This document shows, in pieces, positions 26,830-39,900 of a stretch of DNA of 64,000 nucleotides. Source of the stretch: Epiperipatus broadwayi (lineage: Eukaryota; Animalia; Onychophora); assembly GCA_028023455.1 (NCBI GenBank), contig JAQFVV010000009.1, positions 11,594,001-11,658,000 of the forward strand, in the 5' to 3' direction. The notes under the pieces were generated by a model. It did no database searches. It was not told the origin of the DNA and was given only the letters and a program-made list of their open reading frames with translations. How positions within the stretch are numbered: position 1 is the first letter of the stretch; each line of letters begins with the position of its first letter. A program made the translations under genes and the position numbers.

Positions 26830-27240
26830 TAACATCAATGATTAAATTGTCTACATGAAAATAAATATCATAAGAATAAACTTTCTGTATTTGACTTTAA
26901 CATATGCCAGATATCAATGCATTCTGATAGACTTACAAAAAGAAACATTATAATACTAGTACTAAAATAATAAACATGAGGAATTAAATTTCTTGGCATT
27001 TTATTTATAAAATCTACTCAAGCTATTAGTCAATTCTGATAAGCCTATGACACAGAAACATTATAATACTACACTAAGATAATTAAGCATGAAATTAACT
27101 TCTTGGTATTTTACTTCAAATACACATACATTACCTGTTAATTCTGATATACTCATGAAAATAAAATTCTGTTAAACACTGGCACTAAAATTATAAAGTG
27201 TGAAACTAAAATTCTTGGCATTTTTACTTCAAATGCACAT
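26830..27240. repeat. Degenerate ~115-bp tandem repeat, 3-4 copies
   Basis: Recurring agaaacattataatact...ttcttggcattttatt/actt blocks at ~26941, ~27054 and ~27175. Confidence 0.65.
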
Positions 27241-28125
27241 CAATATAATATGAGAGGGTTTTAAATCTATGAGTAAGAGGTCAAGCTATCCATAAATTAA
27301 ATGAATAATTTTATTAATTAGCTACATTTTCTTTTCCTTTGCTTGCTCATTCAAATGAGGGTGAAATATTATGAGAGTTGATGGTATAAAACCTAAATAA
27401 TTAATATGATATGATTTGAAACAATAATTAAAGAGTTACACATTAATGATGGATTTCTCCATACCTTCTAAATTAATAATATTTTATGCATGCATCTGAA
27501 TTATACTACCTGCTATAAAATAATTAATATAACTAAATCCGATCGGTTTACTTATGAAATTAGGATAAGTGCCATAATATGGATGATGACAATGGCCAAC
27601 CAAGCATTAACACTAATTTTACTTCAGCTGTTTTGTGAGAAAAATCAATTCTACCTTTATTTTATTTTCTTATCAGCAAACTATCTTATACTTGGTTATG
27701 AATAAAAGATGGAACGCATTCTACACAATTACACAAGGGATAAAAAGACTTTCTTAACTCTAATCATTTAAATAACAATACACAGTGACTCCCTACTTGA
27801 ATTTCTGAGGCTTAAAACAAACTGGTGTGGAAATGGTCTCATCACCAAAGAAATAAGGGAAACACACTACTTGGATTCACATACTATAATTCATAAAATA
27901 CAACTACTTAATCTGGAGAATATAATCCACTCCTAACAAATATTTCAACAAGCTAAGGGAGAGCTCTCTCAATCCCTGACAATGCAATACATAATCCACT
28001 CATTGCAAATACTCAAATTAAATAAGGGAAAGTTCTCTCAATCCCTAACAATATAACATAAACTATTTCTTTCTGCATAGCCACTAAATACATTTCAATA
28101 TAAGCATAATAAAGAAATAATAAAT

Positions 28126-30367
28126 GGTTGTCTTGGGATAGCTGGTCATGGCCACTTGATGGCATTATTTATGTGTAAAAACAATAAAATATTATGAAAT
28201 TGGGCCAACACTTATTAAAAACAATCACTTATGATGTTATTACCATGTTTTAAATATAATTTGACTAAAATAATTATTGCTTTAAGTAGATATAATTATT
28301 TTTAAAAAAATATGTTAAATTATTATATAATTTTAATAAAAAAATATGTTTTCTTTTTTTATTACAGAACAAAGACGGTGTTTTCAATTTATTTTTCAAT
28401 AAAACATACAAGCACACATTTACTTATTTCATGACTTTGTTTTTAGAATACATAGTTAAATATTTTTATATATTTTTTAAAAAATATATATATTTAATAA
28501 AAACAATAACAACTTCTTTTTTTAAAAATAAAATTTTGTTCAAATACAAACAAGAAAAACAATAAATATTTTGGTAGTCTTTTGATTGCCGCTTTTTTTA
28601 TATATTTAATTTTGACAAACAAAATTAGACTACAATTAATTTTAAAAAAAATTTCTTTTTTTTAAACAAATTTTGATTGCTTGTTTTTGTTTATATACAT
28701 TAATTAACAGCAATCCCACCGGGTTTCCAATATTTTTTGGAAAAAAGATTTTTTTTTTGCAATAAATAAAAACAATAACAAATTTTTTCCCCAAAATCAA
28801 ATTTTGTAGAACCACATGAAAAAACAATAATGACTTTTTTAAATACGATGTTGATCGCCTTTTTTTTTTTTTATTTTGACAAACAAAACTACAGTAATGT
28901 TAATAAAACAAATAACTTTTTTTAAAAACACAATGTTGATCGTGGGTTTTGCTTCATTTATTTTGCTTGTGTTTTGGTATAATACAAAAAGTACACACTA
29001 TATTGGCATAGGTTGGGTGTTGAAAGCTATCTTGGACAGTGCACAAGAACAGGTCTTCATTTTTGTGCAGACATTGCCACATAAACTCTGCAAGGTAATT
29101 TGGAAGCAATTTTCTGGAAGTTCCGCATTGTTTCTTATTATGCCACTTCACGAGGCCCCAAAGATGCTCCACATTTTGGGTATGAGCACCTGTTGTAGGA
29201 TATACAAAGTTGTAGTGGTGATTGACACTAATATGGTTAAAACTGGCAGCTTCAAGGTCCGTACTTTTGTATCCTCTCCAATAGTCAGAGAAGATGGTCA
29301 TCCCAGGCTTTATGTTGTCTTTGATGGCATCTAGAAGGGTAGACACAGGATGAGAAGCAACAGGAGACATGAAGCATTCTCTACTCTCCCTACACATCCT
29401 AACAAATATCTACTGCTGTGGAAGTATCCTGCTCTGATGATTTTTTCTGTGGGTGAACATCATTTCATCCACCTCAACTTTTAAACCTGGCCTTCCAATT
29501 TGATGGCAAGGTTGGGATGAGAGACTGTCACAACATAGCTCTCATAGTCCAGTGGTCCATTCCACAATGGCACTTTTGCTAATATCCATCTCTGAATGTA
29601 TGGCTTCTTGTATTAGTTGATCATGACTCCAGTAACATATGAGATGAAGTGCTTTGTAAAATGTTATCCTGGAGCCTTCCAACCAAATGTTCTTTTGAAT
29701 AGAACATCTTACATTACATGATGAACATCGAAATTGCCACATAGTTTTTGAAATATACAATTTCATTTTTTCCTTGCACTCGCAGTGCTTCTCATTTGGT
29801 AAAACATTTCTATTCTGGAAAAATGATGCAGCCTCAGAATCTGTGGTTGGCAAGTCAGACTATTTATAAATAATAATGTTTTGTTCCGCCATTTCACTTG
29901 TCTCATATATTGACTCATGAAAACATAATTTTCCGCATTATGTTTTCAAAATCATGTTAGGACCTACTCTTTGCCACTGTTTTAAACATTTAAAGTTATG
30001 GAGGGAAGGATTTTGATTGTCTTTAAATTATTAATAATTTACACCAACATCATTTACATACAAATAAACAAAAAATCTATATTTAAAAAATTATGTACAC
30101 TTGAAATATAAACACTGTAACACCATACGATAGCCAATATTCAATTGTGCAAAATTCCCCTACGCTATCACAAAACACACTACCGTGAAATGCCTTACAG
30201 TGACATAAATAGGTAATACAACAAAAGTGTTGTATTACCTGTAAATACAGGGTGATACAACAGTGTTATATTATTCGTAATAATTGGCCACAGAAATGGT
30301 ATTTTTATGTGTTTTTACACATAAATAACGCTGTCAAGCGGCCACGACTGGCTATCACAAGACAACC
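28126..30367 (-). mobile_element. Full-length Merlin DNA transposon (IS1595/ISXO2-like DDE transposase, disrupted)
   Basis: ~60-bp TIRs starting GGTTGTCTTG; perfect 8-bp TSD TAATAAAT (28118-28125 and 30368-30375). ORFs 29542..29853 and 28954..29397 (TIFSDYWRGY...VNH..NFV.PTTGAHTQNVEHLW...YLAEFMW), with KIGGPGLKVEVDE between them. Confidence 0.93.
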
Positions 30368-31568
30368 TAATAAATCTCTAAATTTTCCACTTTTTTTTGG
30401 CACATTTCATCATCCAAAATCAAATTATTTCTACTTTCAATTCAAACATGATATAACTGGATTAAATAACAGACCAGTATATAAGCATAATAATGCATAA
30501 ATAATTTCAAATCATATTTGATAAGAAATATAACGACATTAATTACTAAGTTGTAAAAGAAATAATGAATAAATCTCTCATTTCTGACAAGTATAATATT
30601 TTAACTTGGAAATATAATAATTATTTTTAAATAAGCAAGACAAAATAATTCTTCAGTGTATCTGGCATTAGCCCACAAATTGAAACAAAAGTCTGGTTTG
30701 GGATAGACAATAAACCTTTAAATTTGGAGTAAAATAATCATTAAGAAATAAACTTTATAACTTTTTAAAAATGCAAAGATAAGCAATAAATTTTATGTAA
30801 CTAACATTTCTTAAAACGAGCTGTTACTAAATAGTGAATGAATATTTCTATTGCTAGCACATAGAAGTATAAGTACATAATAAAAACTATATTAAAATAA
30901 TACTAATTACCCAATATAATATCTCTCCATATTATATCTTTGAGATGTTCTTGAAGAGAGAAATAATCAAATAATAAAAAATAAAAAAATCTTAAGACAA
31001 AATTTTAATCTATCTATCTATCTATCAAATGCTAACAAAAATAATAATAATCATTAAATTACATTCGAATATCAGCCTTTCAAAGTTTCTTTTTCTTGGC
31101 TGTAACGAAAAGTTCATTTATAGTCTGTAAATGACATATCTTAGTCATGTACTAAATGATGATGATCATTGGTATAATCATAAATATGGATAAACATATA
31201 ACAATTTCCTGCAGGGAGATAAATAATATTAATTAGATCCAATTGGATAGCGTTTCAAAGTTCTCAGTAATAGCTAATGAAACTGCAGGCAATATAACAC
31301 ATGAAAATCTTCATTATGGTAATAAATATCTAATACTGCTTAAGTTAGACAAGAATTTATTATTTAATTCATTAGACTGGTTTAAGCATTTGTTCCACCT
31401 TTTCAAAAGTCATTCACAAAGCAAATAACTAATCAGTGTTTTCCTGAAGGTTTGTGATGATGGTGTTCTAGCTGTATTTTTATATTGGACTATTTCCATC
31501 ATCTAATGTGTGTGTTGAATGTCTTTATAAAAGTTTAATTTTATATAAATATTCCAAATGCATTCAAA

Positions 31569-31732
31569 TGTTAGTAATATCACAGCAAACAAGTTAGTAT
31601 ATGTACCAACTGTTAGTAATATCACAGCAAACAGGTGAGTATATGCACCAACTGTTAGTAATATCACAGCAAACAGGTTAGTATATGCACCAACTGTGAG
31701 TAATATCTCAGCAAACAGGTTAGTATATGCAT
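31569..31732. repeat. 42-bp minisatellite, 4 copies, inside the left SINE arm
   Basis: tgttagtaatatcacagcaaacaggttagtatatgcaccaac at 31569, 31611, 31653 and 31695; one copy in the right arm. Confidence 0.95.
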
Positions 31733-31780
31733 AATGTTTCGAAAGGTATTTTTTCTCTTCCCTCTTCTTCAGGTGTTGTT
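31728..31780 (-). ncRNA. Minimal type I hammerhead-like motif in the SINE body (left arm; decayed mirror copy at 31955-32002 on +)
   Basis: Reverse complement: CAACAC-CTGAAGA-A-GAGGGA...CCTTTC-GAAAC-ATTATG. Right arm: CTGAAAA-A-GAGGGG...CCTCTC-AAAATGTTGTG. Stem I is short and the cleavage triplet is degenerate. Confidence 0.5.
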
Positions 31781-33879
31781 GGCCTGACCAGTGACAGTAC
31801 TAGCATGATATTCGAACCTGGGTCCTTATATTCTTGATTACTGAATTTTAAGGTAATACTGCTCACTTGGTTAGAGCATTACCTTAAAATTCAATAATCA
31901 AGAATCTAAGGACCCAGGTTCGAATCCCTTACTAGTACTGTCACTGGTCAGGCCAGCAACACCTGAAAAAGAGGGGAGAAAAATACCTCTCAAAATGTTG
32001 TGCATATACTAACCTGTTTGCTGTGATATTACTAACAGTTGAATGTATTTGGAATATTTAAATAAAATTAAACTTTTCTAAAGACATTCAACACACATAT
32101 TAGATGGTGGAAATAGTTCAATATAAAAATACAGCTAGAAATAACTAATCAGTTTATAAAATCCATTTAAATTCATGAGAGTTTATTAATAATATACTTT
32201 AATAAAAAAAAAATCAACTGCAAATGAGGAGAACAATAAAATAAAAGGAATTCACATCCAGTTTCAGAGCTACCCGTTCATTTATCAGCACATTTAGAGA
32301 TAAGTCAATAATTCATTAATTATATGTCACTCATTTTTGTTTCTTATTTCCAGATACAAAATGGCTAGGTATATATTTTATCAATAATAATAATAATAAT
32401 AAAACAGGTTATAATAAATTATCCACACACATCCTTCCATTTAAACTTATTCCTTTATAGTTAGCAAAAATTATCAACGAGTCGCTGAAGTGTTTAATGA
32501 AAAAATTCAGCATAAATTTTCCAGAATAATAGCAATAAAATTTACACATTCTTGTTATTTCTTTAGTGTTAGAGATTAAATCTAAGTAAATCAAACTTAT
32601 AATGTAGATATACATTTCAATTACTTCTTTGATATTAGAAATAAAATTTAGGCAAAATAGATTTGAAATATAAACACACATTTTCTTTATTTCTTTAATA
32701 TTAGAAATTAAAGTTAAATAAACTTATAATATAGGCACACCTACACATCTCAAATGATGATTTTAGAATTTAAATTAGTCAATTAAAAGCAGGGAGATGT
32801 ACCTTATTTAACATTGACTACATCTGCATATTACTTCCTTATTTTTCCCACTAAATTTTCTGAGCTGTTTTCATCCAGAAAATTAATAGAAGTTTTGCTT
32901 TCAAGCTTGGACCATGGAAAAACTAACTTGTAGAAATGAAATTGTACTAATAAAAACTTTTTATGGAGGGAGAATTGTTGAAATCAGAAAAGCAAAGTCA
33001 ATGTCAACTTTTTGTAAAAAGATTTCTCCTTTATACCAGATTATTATTCAAGCATCTGTTCTCCCATCAATCCAAGGTCACTTAAAAGTTCAAAACTCTA
33101 GAAACAAAAGTTGCTCCTCCCATTGTACTGAGATTAATTAGTTACAAAATATGTAAGAATCTTTCTATCTTGAAAAAGAAAGAAAAATTATTTTGTCTTT
33201 AAAAAAAAAATTAAATTAATTGAACCAAAAATAAATATTTTACATTTCTAAAGTAACAAAATAAAAACTAATGATAATTATTTTAGCAAATAAAATATTT
33301 GAGAAAGTATTTGCTGTTTGTGTTTGAGCTGGTTATTCAAGCTATGGATTAGGAAATCAAATATTTTCCTATGAAACATGATATTTGGTAGTGAAGTATA
33401 TGAATGAAAAATGAAGTAGAATGATTGCACAAGCATACATGCACATCTCTAAATGTTGTACTACAGGTACTAAACTGATGTGACTAAAATATGTTTCTAT
33501 GATGATGAGTCAAACATATTGCACTATTTGCTCTATGGATTGAAATATTATAAGTAAATGAACCAGAGAATTATCTAAACAAATATCAATACTGTTCTAC
33601 AGACAAATAAAACAAATTTGGATCAACTTAAACCAAACTGACAATTTCTGTGACAAGCCACCCCTTTTCTCACATTAATTACTCACTCAAGAAGAATACT
33701 AAATCTCTCAAAACCTTCAAATTATATCTGTAAATGCTTTTAAACAAAGTTTTAGGTCATTAATAAAAAAAAATTTTAATTTCAGGTTATTTCTTTTTTT
33801 TTAGTAAGATACAATCAGCTTTTACTGATACAGTGCTATATAATCACAATCAATATTTCTTGTGCCTATCCAGAAGGTT

Positions 33880-33910
<31 letters not shown>

Positions 33911-33916
<6 letters not shown>

Positions 33917-36753
33917 GAATGTTACACAGCGGTACAGAGACATGAGACTCGAACTAGGGTTTTTGAGAATGAATCCCCGACTAAGATAAGAGAGCTAGAA
34001 TAATAGATAATTATATAAACCCTTTTAAAAAAACTAACCAAATAAAGATTCGAACTCTGGATAGGATTAAAAGATACTTTAATATTATAAAAAAACATTT
34101 TATTCTAGACGTATTTTATTTATATAGTTCACGCTAGAATATTTTAATTATGCTTATATCTGTAGTTATTATGGGATGACACGCTTATACATATAGAATG
34201 TGGTTTATTTATATGCCAATGTTTAAAAAGAAAAATTATAAAATGGGTTTATAAAGAGAAACGCATGCTTATACATATATAGTGCAGTTTATTTATATGC
34301 CAATGTTTAAAAAGAAAAATTATAAAATGGGTTTATAAAGAGAAATGCTATTTTGATTAAATAATGACTTAATCAAAAGAGTTCTCGAGAGAGACACTTT
34401 AGTGTTTGAATAAATTAACATAAAGCATTTAACAAACTATGATCGATGCCACTTCAATCGCAACAAGAAATATACATATATATAACTGCAATGCCAGGTA
34501 AATTGGTCTCTCCATTATATTTATTAATTATCAAACAACAGCATTTTAAACAATGATTTTGAATATGTTTTGTATTCAATATAACAAACATTATATTTTA
34601 ATTTTTGAATTATAAGATAAAATGAGAATTCATTTATGCATATGGGAGCTGCTCATCTAAGGGAAATAACTTAATGCAAGCTTTGCGTGACATTCTAAAT
34701 ATAATTATATTAATAAATAATAAAATGGTTTAGTTATATCACAGTGTTACGGCTTATAGATTAGTTTTAGGCATGATTCTAAAATACTATAATGAATGCC
34801 GGTGTGAGCATAGGCAGCAAAATATAAGATTCAGTCCATTTTGGCTAAGTAGACGCTTCATCATTTAAGTGGGAATAAGAAATGGTATGCCCATTCTTCT
34901 GACAGGTCATACCTGGAGAGAAAAAGGAAGGTAGGGATATGCAATTGTCCGTATAGGGTGTCAATGCAGAGCTGCCGCTACTCTTTCAGAAGGTGTCCTA
35001 GGGCATTTCCTATGCCAGCTAAAATGTATATAAGTGAAGGTGAAGGATTCAGAGTTCCCGATCATTCTCAAGTTATGACAAAGCAAATAACAATGATGGC
35101 TGACCCATGCTAGCAATGCTATGAAACTAGGTTGCATCCTTTAATGACATCAAAATAATTAATGGCCTAAATATAAAATTTGAATCAGGCTTAATGGCAT
35201 GACTTGGATACTAAACCAAATTATATAACTGAAATCTAAAACTAAATGAATGTCTTAATGATATACGATTACATTTCCCTTCATTTAGCGGGTCTCACAT
35301 GCATTTGGAATCAACAAGCATTATTGAATACTATAATGCTAAAAATGCTACATATAACTGATTATTACAGAATAAAAATAAACAGTCATTATTATTTAAA
35401 ATATCTTATCTGGAATTTAAGCAATAGCGTTCTTGGATCACATTAAATTTATAATCAATAAGAATACACTCAAGGCAGTATAAAAAAAATAATCTGCCTA
35501 TAAACAGAAATATTATTTTTAACTATTTCTCAACCCAGTGAGCCATGGCTTTAAAACAAATAATTTAATGTAATTACAATATCCCAGAAGCATTGGGGGG
35601 GGGGGGAGATTTAAAAGACTAATCTAAATTAGAGGCTAGCAGAGTTAAGTTGATTTGGCATATAAATGACATATAAATTTAAAAAGCAAATATTTATGAT
35701 AATAAAATTCTCCGCACTAAATAAAATGTATGATTTTAACTTAAATAGATGTAAGCATTTGCATATATATAACAGATAGGATTATAGAGAGATTTTCAGA
35801 CAGAGATTAAGAACAAATATATAACAAAAAACACATTAATTATTAGTACAGATATAGGTAAGCATGGAACTGTTACCTTGACAATGTTACAATGGCTAGG
35901 TGGTTAATTCTTTGAACATTAGTTTACAGGGATTAGCTTGTTGGTCAGCAATCTCAGTCACTACAGCTTCTTCATTGATGGCAGCCTTCTTCCATGGCAG
36001 AAGTTTCACAGCATCATACTAGAGGCAGCCTTGAGAGGCACAGGGAAAGATTATTTGGGTCCTACTCAACTGTCATTTTAAAACTAAGCATCAAAAAATA
36101 CTGTCAGACTGTAAGACTGAGACTAAAATAAATCTCTGTCTTATCTCTAATCTATTCTATTTATACCACCCAAGCTATTACAGGAATGCTTTGGCTCATT
36201 TGCCCAGAGGCAGATGAGACATTATTAAATTCCTGAGCAAATTACAGTCCATTTTAATTAAAAGTAAGATATAAGAAGATAAGTCTCAAATCACTTTCAT
36301 TAGCAAAACCTTTTAATTAAAGTCTGTAAATTATAAAAGTAAAACTATGATAAGACGATATTTTGATTAATTAAAATCAAGCATTTGAAATATTTAATTA
36401 GTGAAGAAAATTTCACAATGGGTTGATTTGAACCTGCCATCTTGGTTATATCTTCTTTCATTTAAATTTTTACAAATGTGAAATTAAATGCAAATAATTT
36501 TTACAAAAATGACAAACTTTACGCGATTAACAAATTCTCTTTTAAAATGTAAAAAAAAAACACAAGCTTAAATATTCAAAAGTATGAAAATATCAAAATC
36601 AAAAATATAAAATATTTGTCATAATAGTTTGTAATATATATAAGTACATATTTATGATGGCACTGTAAATGCTGGGTTTGAACCCTTGTACATGTTAGTT
36701 TATTTTAGGTGGGAAAACATGAAGTTCACTCTAATTACAGAGTGATTGCTTCA
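33911..36753 (-). repeat. 3' LTR (~2.84 kb)
   Basis: Collinear with 45067-47833; contains a private ~82-bp tandem duplication at ~34185-34345. Confidence 0.9.
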
Positions 36754-36764
36754 GACTTCCCCAT
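36754..36764 (-). promoter_or_regulatory. Polypurine-tract-like site abutting the 3' LTR
   Basis: The - strand reads ...aaatggggaagtc|TGAAGCAATC, exactly where LTR homology begins. Confidence 0.55.
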
Positions 36765-36989
36765 TTGAAATGATAAAAAAAAAGAAAAAAAATATTATAC
36801 TTCAGTTCTATTGGTGGCTGGAAGAGCAACCGATAACAATGTGATGCTATTCTAAATAAAACTCTATAGCTTATTTACTCTAACCTAATCTACCCTTTCA
36901 TTGGTTGGACTTTATTATTATATTCATTTATAATTTTTTTTAAATTTAATTGGGGTATCTGCAACAATTAGACCGACCGATTTTTCTAT

Positions 36990-39900
36990 TTATTTTATTT
37001 TCCTGGGTCTGGAGGTACGTATGGTTTAAGATACCTTGCATTGAAAGTTCCTTTAACCCATCATCCCCTCCAACAGGAACACATTGTCCCTATACTTTTG
37101 TTGAATCTGGTCTGGTCCATGATACAAAGGGAAAAACTTTTTTGAATTCTCTTTTCATCATGTTTCTAGGTTTCGGTGCTCTCAACCAAACACTGTTCCC
37201 CACATGAAATTGGTGTCATTGGATGTGTTCCCTTTTTATATGAGACTGAGCCATCTGGGTCAATCATGTCCATGCATCTCTGATCTTGGCTGGGGTTGAT
37301 AGGTGGGTGGTCTTTTGGGAGAAGTGTCCTAAAAATTTCCGGACATGATTCTCCAAAATGGAATCTTCTTGGAACAAAACCAGTGGACTCATTAACGGTA
37401 TGGTTAATGTAAGATATGATTTTGTCAGTTTTATTCACCCAACCATGATGATCCATAGGAGTATATGTGGAAAAGAGTCGATTGATCTCTTTCATAACTC
37501 TTTCATACTGGTTAGACTGGGGGTTTCTGATGGTTGTTAAATGGCACTTTAAATTTTGTTTAGACATCCAAACTCTCTATTTCTTAGATGTAAATGCAGA
37601 GCCATGGTCAGAAGGAATTGTGTCAGGTTTTCCAACTTCCAAAAATTTCCTGCTTTGGAGGACATTGATGGTATTCTTAGAATTGGCAGCCCTGAGTGGG
37701 TATGCTCACACATACTTGGAAAACACATCATATGTGACTAGAAGATAATGGAACCCCTGGAATGCAGGAAGGGGGCCATAATGGTCAATTGAAAGTAATT
37801 CATTTGGTTTGGATGCTGTGATGGGTTGAAGCATGTGATTTATTAGGAAATTTATTTTGTGCATATTTAGTGCATTCTCTTAACATGAGGAGGATAAGAC
37901 TATACATGCCTGGCCAGTAAAACTGCCTTTTTTAGGTCTCTTCAGTCTTCCTTGCTCCAAAATGCCCCAATGTTTGGTGCACATGATTTATGAGCCGGAT
38001 TCTTAGTTTATTGGGAGTAATGATTTTCCATGGGTCATTTTTTCCCAGGATGTATGTTTGCAGAACACCATTCCTTAATCGATATTACATGTGTTTTCTC
38101 TTAAGGGTGTTTATAGGGTTAGAGCTACCATTCTGTAATTCGTGAATAATCTGACAATACTGAGGTTCTGTCTCCTGCCAATATCGGACATTTTTCAGTT
38201 CGGATTCTATTGATGTGCCCTTGGAGATTGCCATGATTCTGACTGTGTTGTCTAACAATTCAGGTTTTGTGCTTGGATTGGTACAGGGTGATGGCTCAGG
38301 ATGTCAGCCACTACATTCTCCAGGCCAGGACAATACCTTACACTGAACCTAAATTTTTGCAATGTTAAGCTCCACCTAATGAGATGATCATTTGTGAGGA
38401 AACTCTTATTTAAGAACTCCAAGTATTTGTTGTCAGTGAAAATGACTATCTCATAGCCTAGTAAGAATTTCCAGAATTTTTTGCAGGCCCAAACAATGGT
38501 AAGGGTCTCTTGCTCAATGGTAGTATACTTCACCTCTGCTCCTTTCAAAGTCCAGCTGCTAAAATAGAGCACATGATGTTCTCCATCCTTGCCAATCTGG
38601 AATAACACTGCACCCAGGCCCCTTCTGCTACTTTCTGTCTGTACATAGAATGGCCTTCTGAAGTTGGGGTGGTGTAGCATAGCAGCATGGACGAAATTTT
38701 GCTTTATGGTACTGAGATCTTGATCATGAATTATTGTCTACTTTTACTTTTGATCCTTTTTTAGCAAGTTAACAAAGTTCGTAGTTTTACGGGCAGACAG
38801 TGGATAAAACCTGTGATAAAAATTATATAATCCTAAAAAGGATCTGAGCTGTTTACAGTTCTGAGGAGTTGGAAAATTCTCAATAGCATCCACCTTTTTC
38901 GGGTGGACTTTTACCCTATGCTTGTTTATTACATGACCTAAAAACGTTATCTCTTGAATTGCAAATTTACTCTCAAGTTGATTGTAATATTTTCCCTCTG
39001 GCACTCTCTGAAGAACTGTTTCAAGTATTTCAAATGTTCTTTGATGTTCTTCGAGGCAATGATGATATCATCGATGTAGTGTACCATGTGTTGCTGCATG
39101 TCATATTACTTGTTTCAGACATCACATTTATCCTGCCCTGTTATTGGCAAGTCCAAATGGGACCCTTTTGAATCCATAGGTGTGACTATTGTATCTGAAA
39201 GCAATATACTTCCAGCTCTGTGGCTCCAAAACCATCTGCCAGTAGCTGGCTGTAAGGTCCAAGGTAGAAAACACAGTTTTTCCAGTTAGCTGAATGAATA
39301 TTTCCTGTAAGGGTGAAGGTGTGTCTCTCTCAGGGATTGTTATATTATTAAGACAGCAGGCATCAAGACATAGCTGAAGGTTCCCATTCTTTTTTTTGAC
39401 CACAACAAGGGGGTTATTGTATGGGGATGAGCTACTCTTGATGATGTCCCAATCTATCATTTGTTTAATTTGCATTTCTACTTCTTCCTTATACTGTAGG
39501 GAATTGGATATGTCTTGGATTGAGCATAGGACTCCTCTTTGACCTGTATCCAGTGAGTATATTCTCTGATATTACCGGGAGTGTTTGAAAGTACATGAGA
39601 GTACTCCTCCAAGATTTTTTCATATGGAGTCTGTGTCCAGGTTCTTGAAGATCTGCTTCTCACACCTTGGTTATGATTAAGGCTGGATCAAGTGGCTGAA
39701 TGAGGCAACTTTTCCCCCCTCATGTTGATTATTGATTTCAAAATGGATACTTTCATTGTGTATCTGACAGGTCCTTTTGGAATAATCAATGATGCAGTGG
39801 TGTTGTTGCAGAAAGTCGGATCCAAGTACTATGTCATAGATTAGTCCTGACGTTATCAGGAACGTGTGCCCTATGTAAGTTTTTCCAAAACTATTCTCTA

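Larger units (their letters stand above)
31438..32138. mobile_element. Palindromic dimer of a tRNA-derived SINE-like element with a hammerhead-like motif, flanked by a 15-bp TSD
   Basis: Arms ~31466-31864 and ~31874-32140 are inverted. A-box-like gctcacttggttagagc (31861), B-box ggttcgaatccc (31917-31928); direct repeat aaataactaatcagt at 31423-31437 and 32139-32153. Confidence 0.85.

Noticed and set aside
28954-29853. Bacterial IS1595 insertion or contamination
   Set aside because: Sits in a spliced animal gene with long TIRs, an 8-bp TSD, CpG decay and a second related family nearby; fits the eukaryotic Merlin superfamily.
31569-31732. Regularly spaced ~42-bp repeats resembling a CRISPR array
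   Set aside because: Units are contiguous with no unique spacers, there are no cas genes and the context is a eukaryotic intron; it is a minisatellite.
31861-31940. Possible functional tRNA gene
   Set aside because: A and B boxes are present, but there is no acceptor stem or canonical anticodon arm and it is embedded in a palindromic repeat with a TSD; SINE head.
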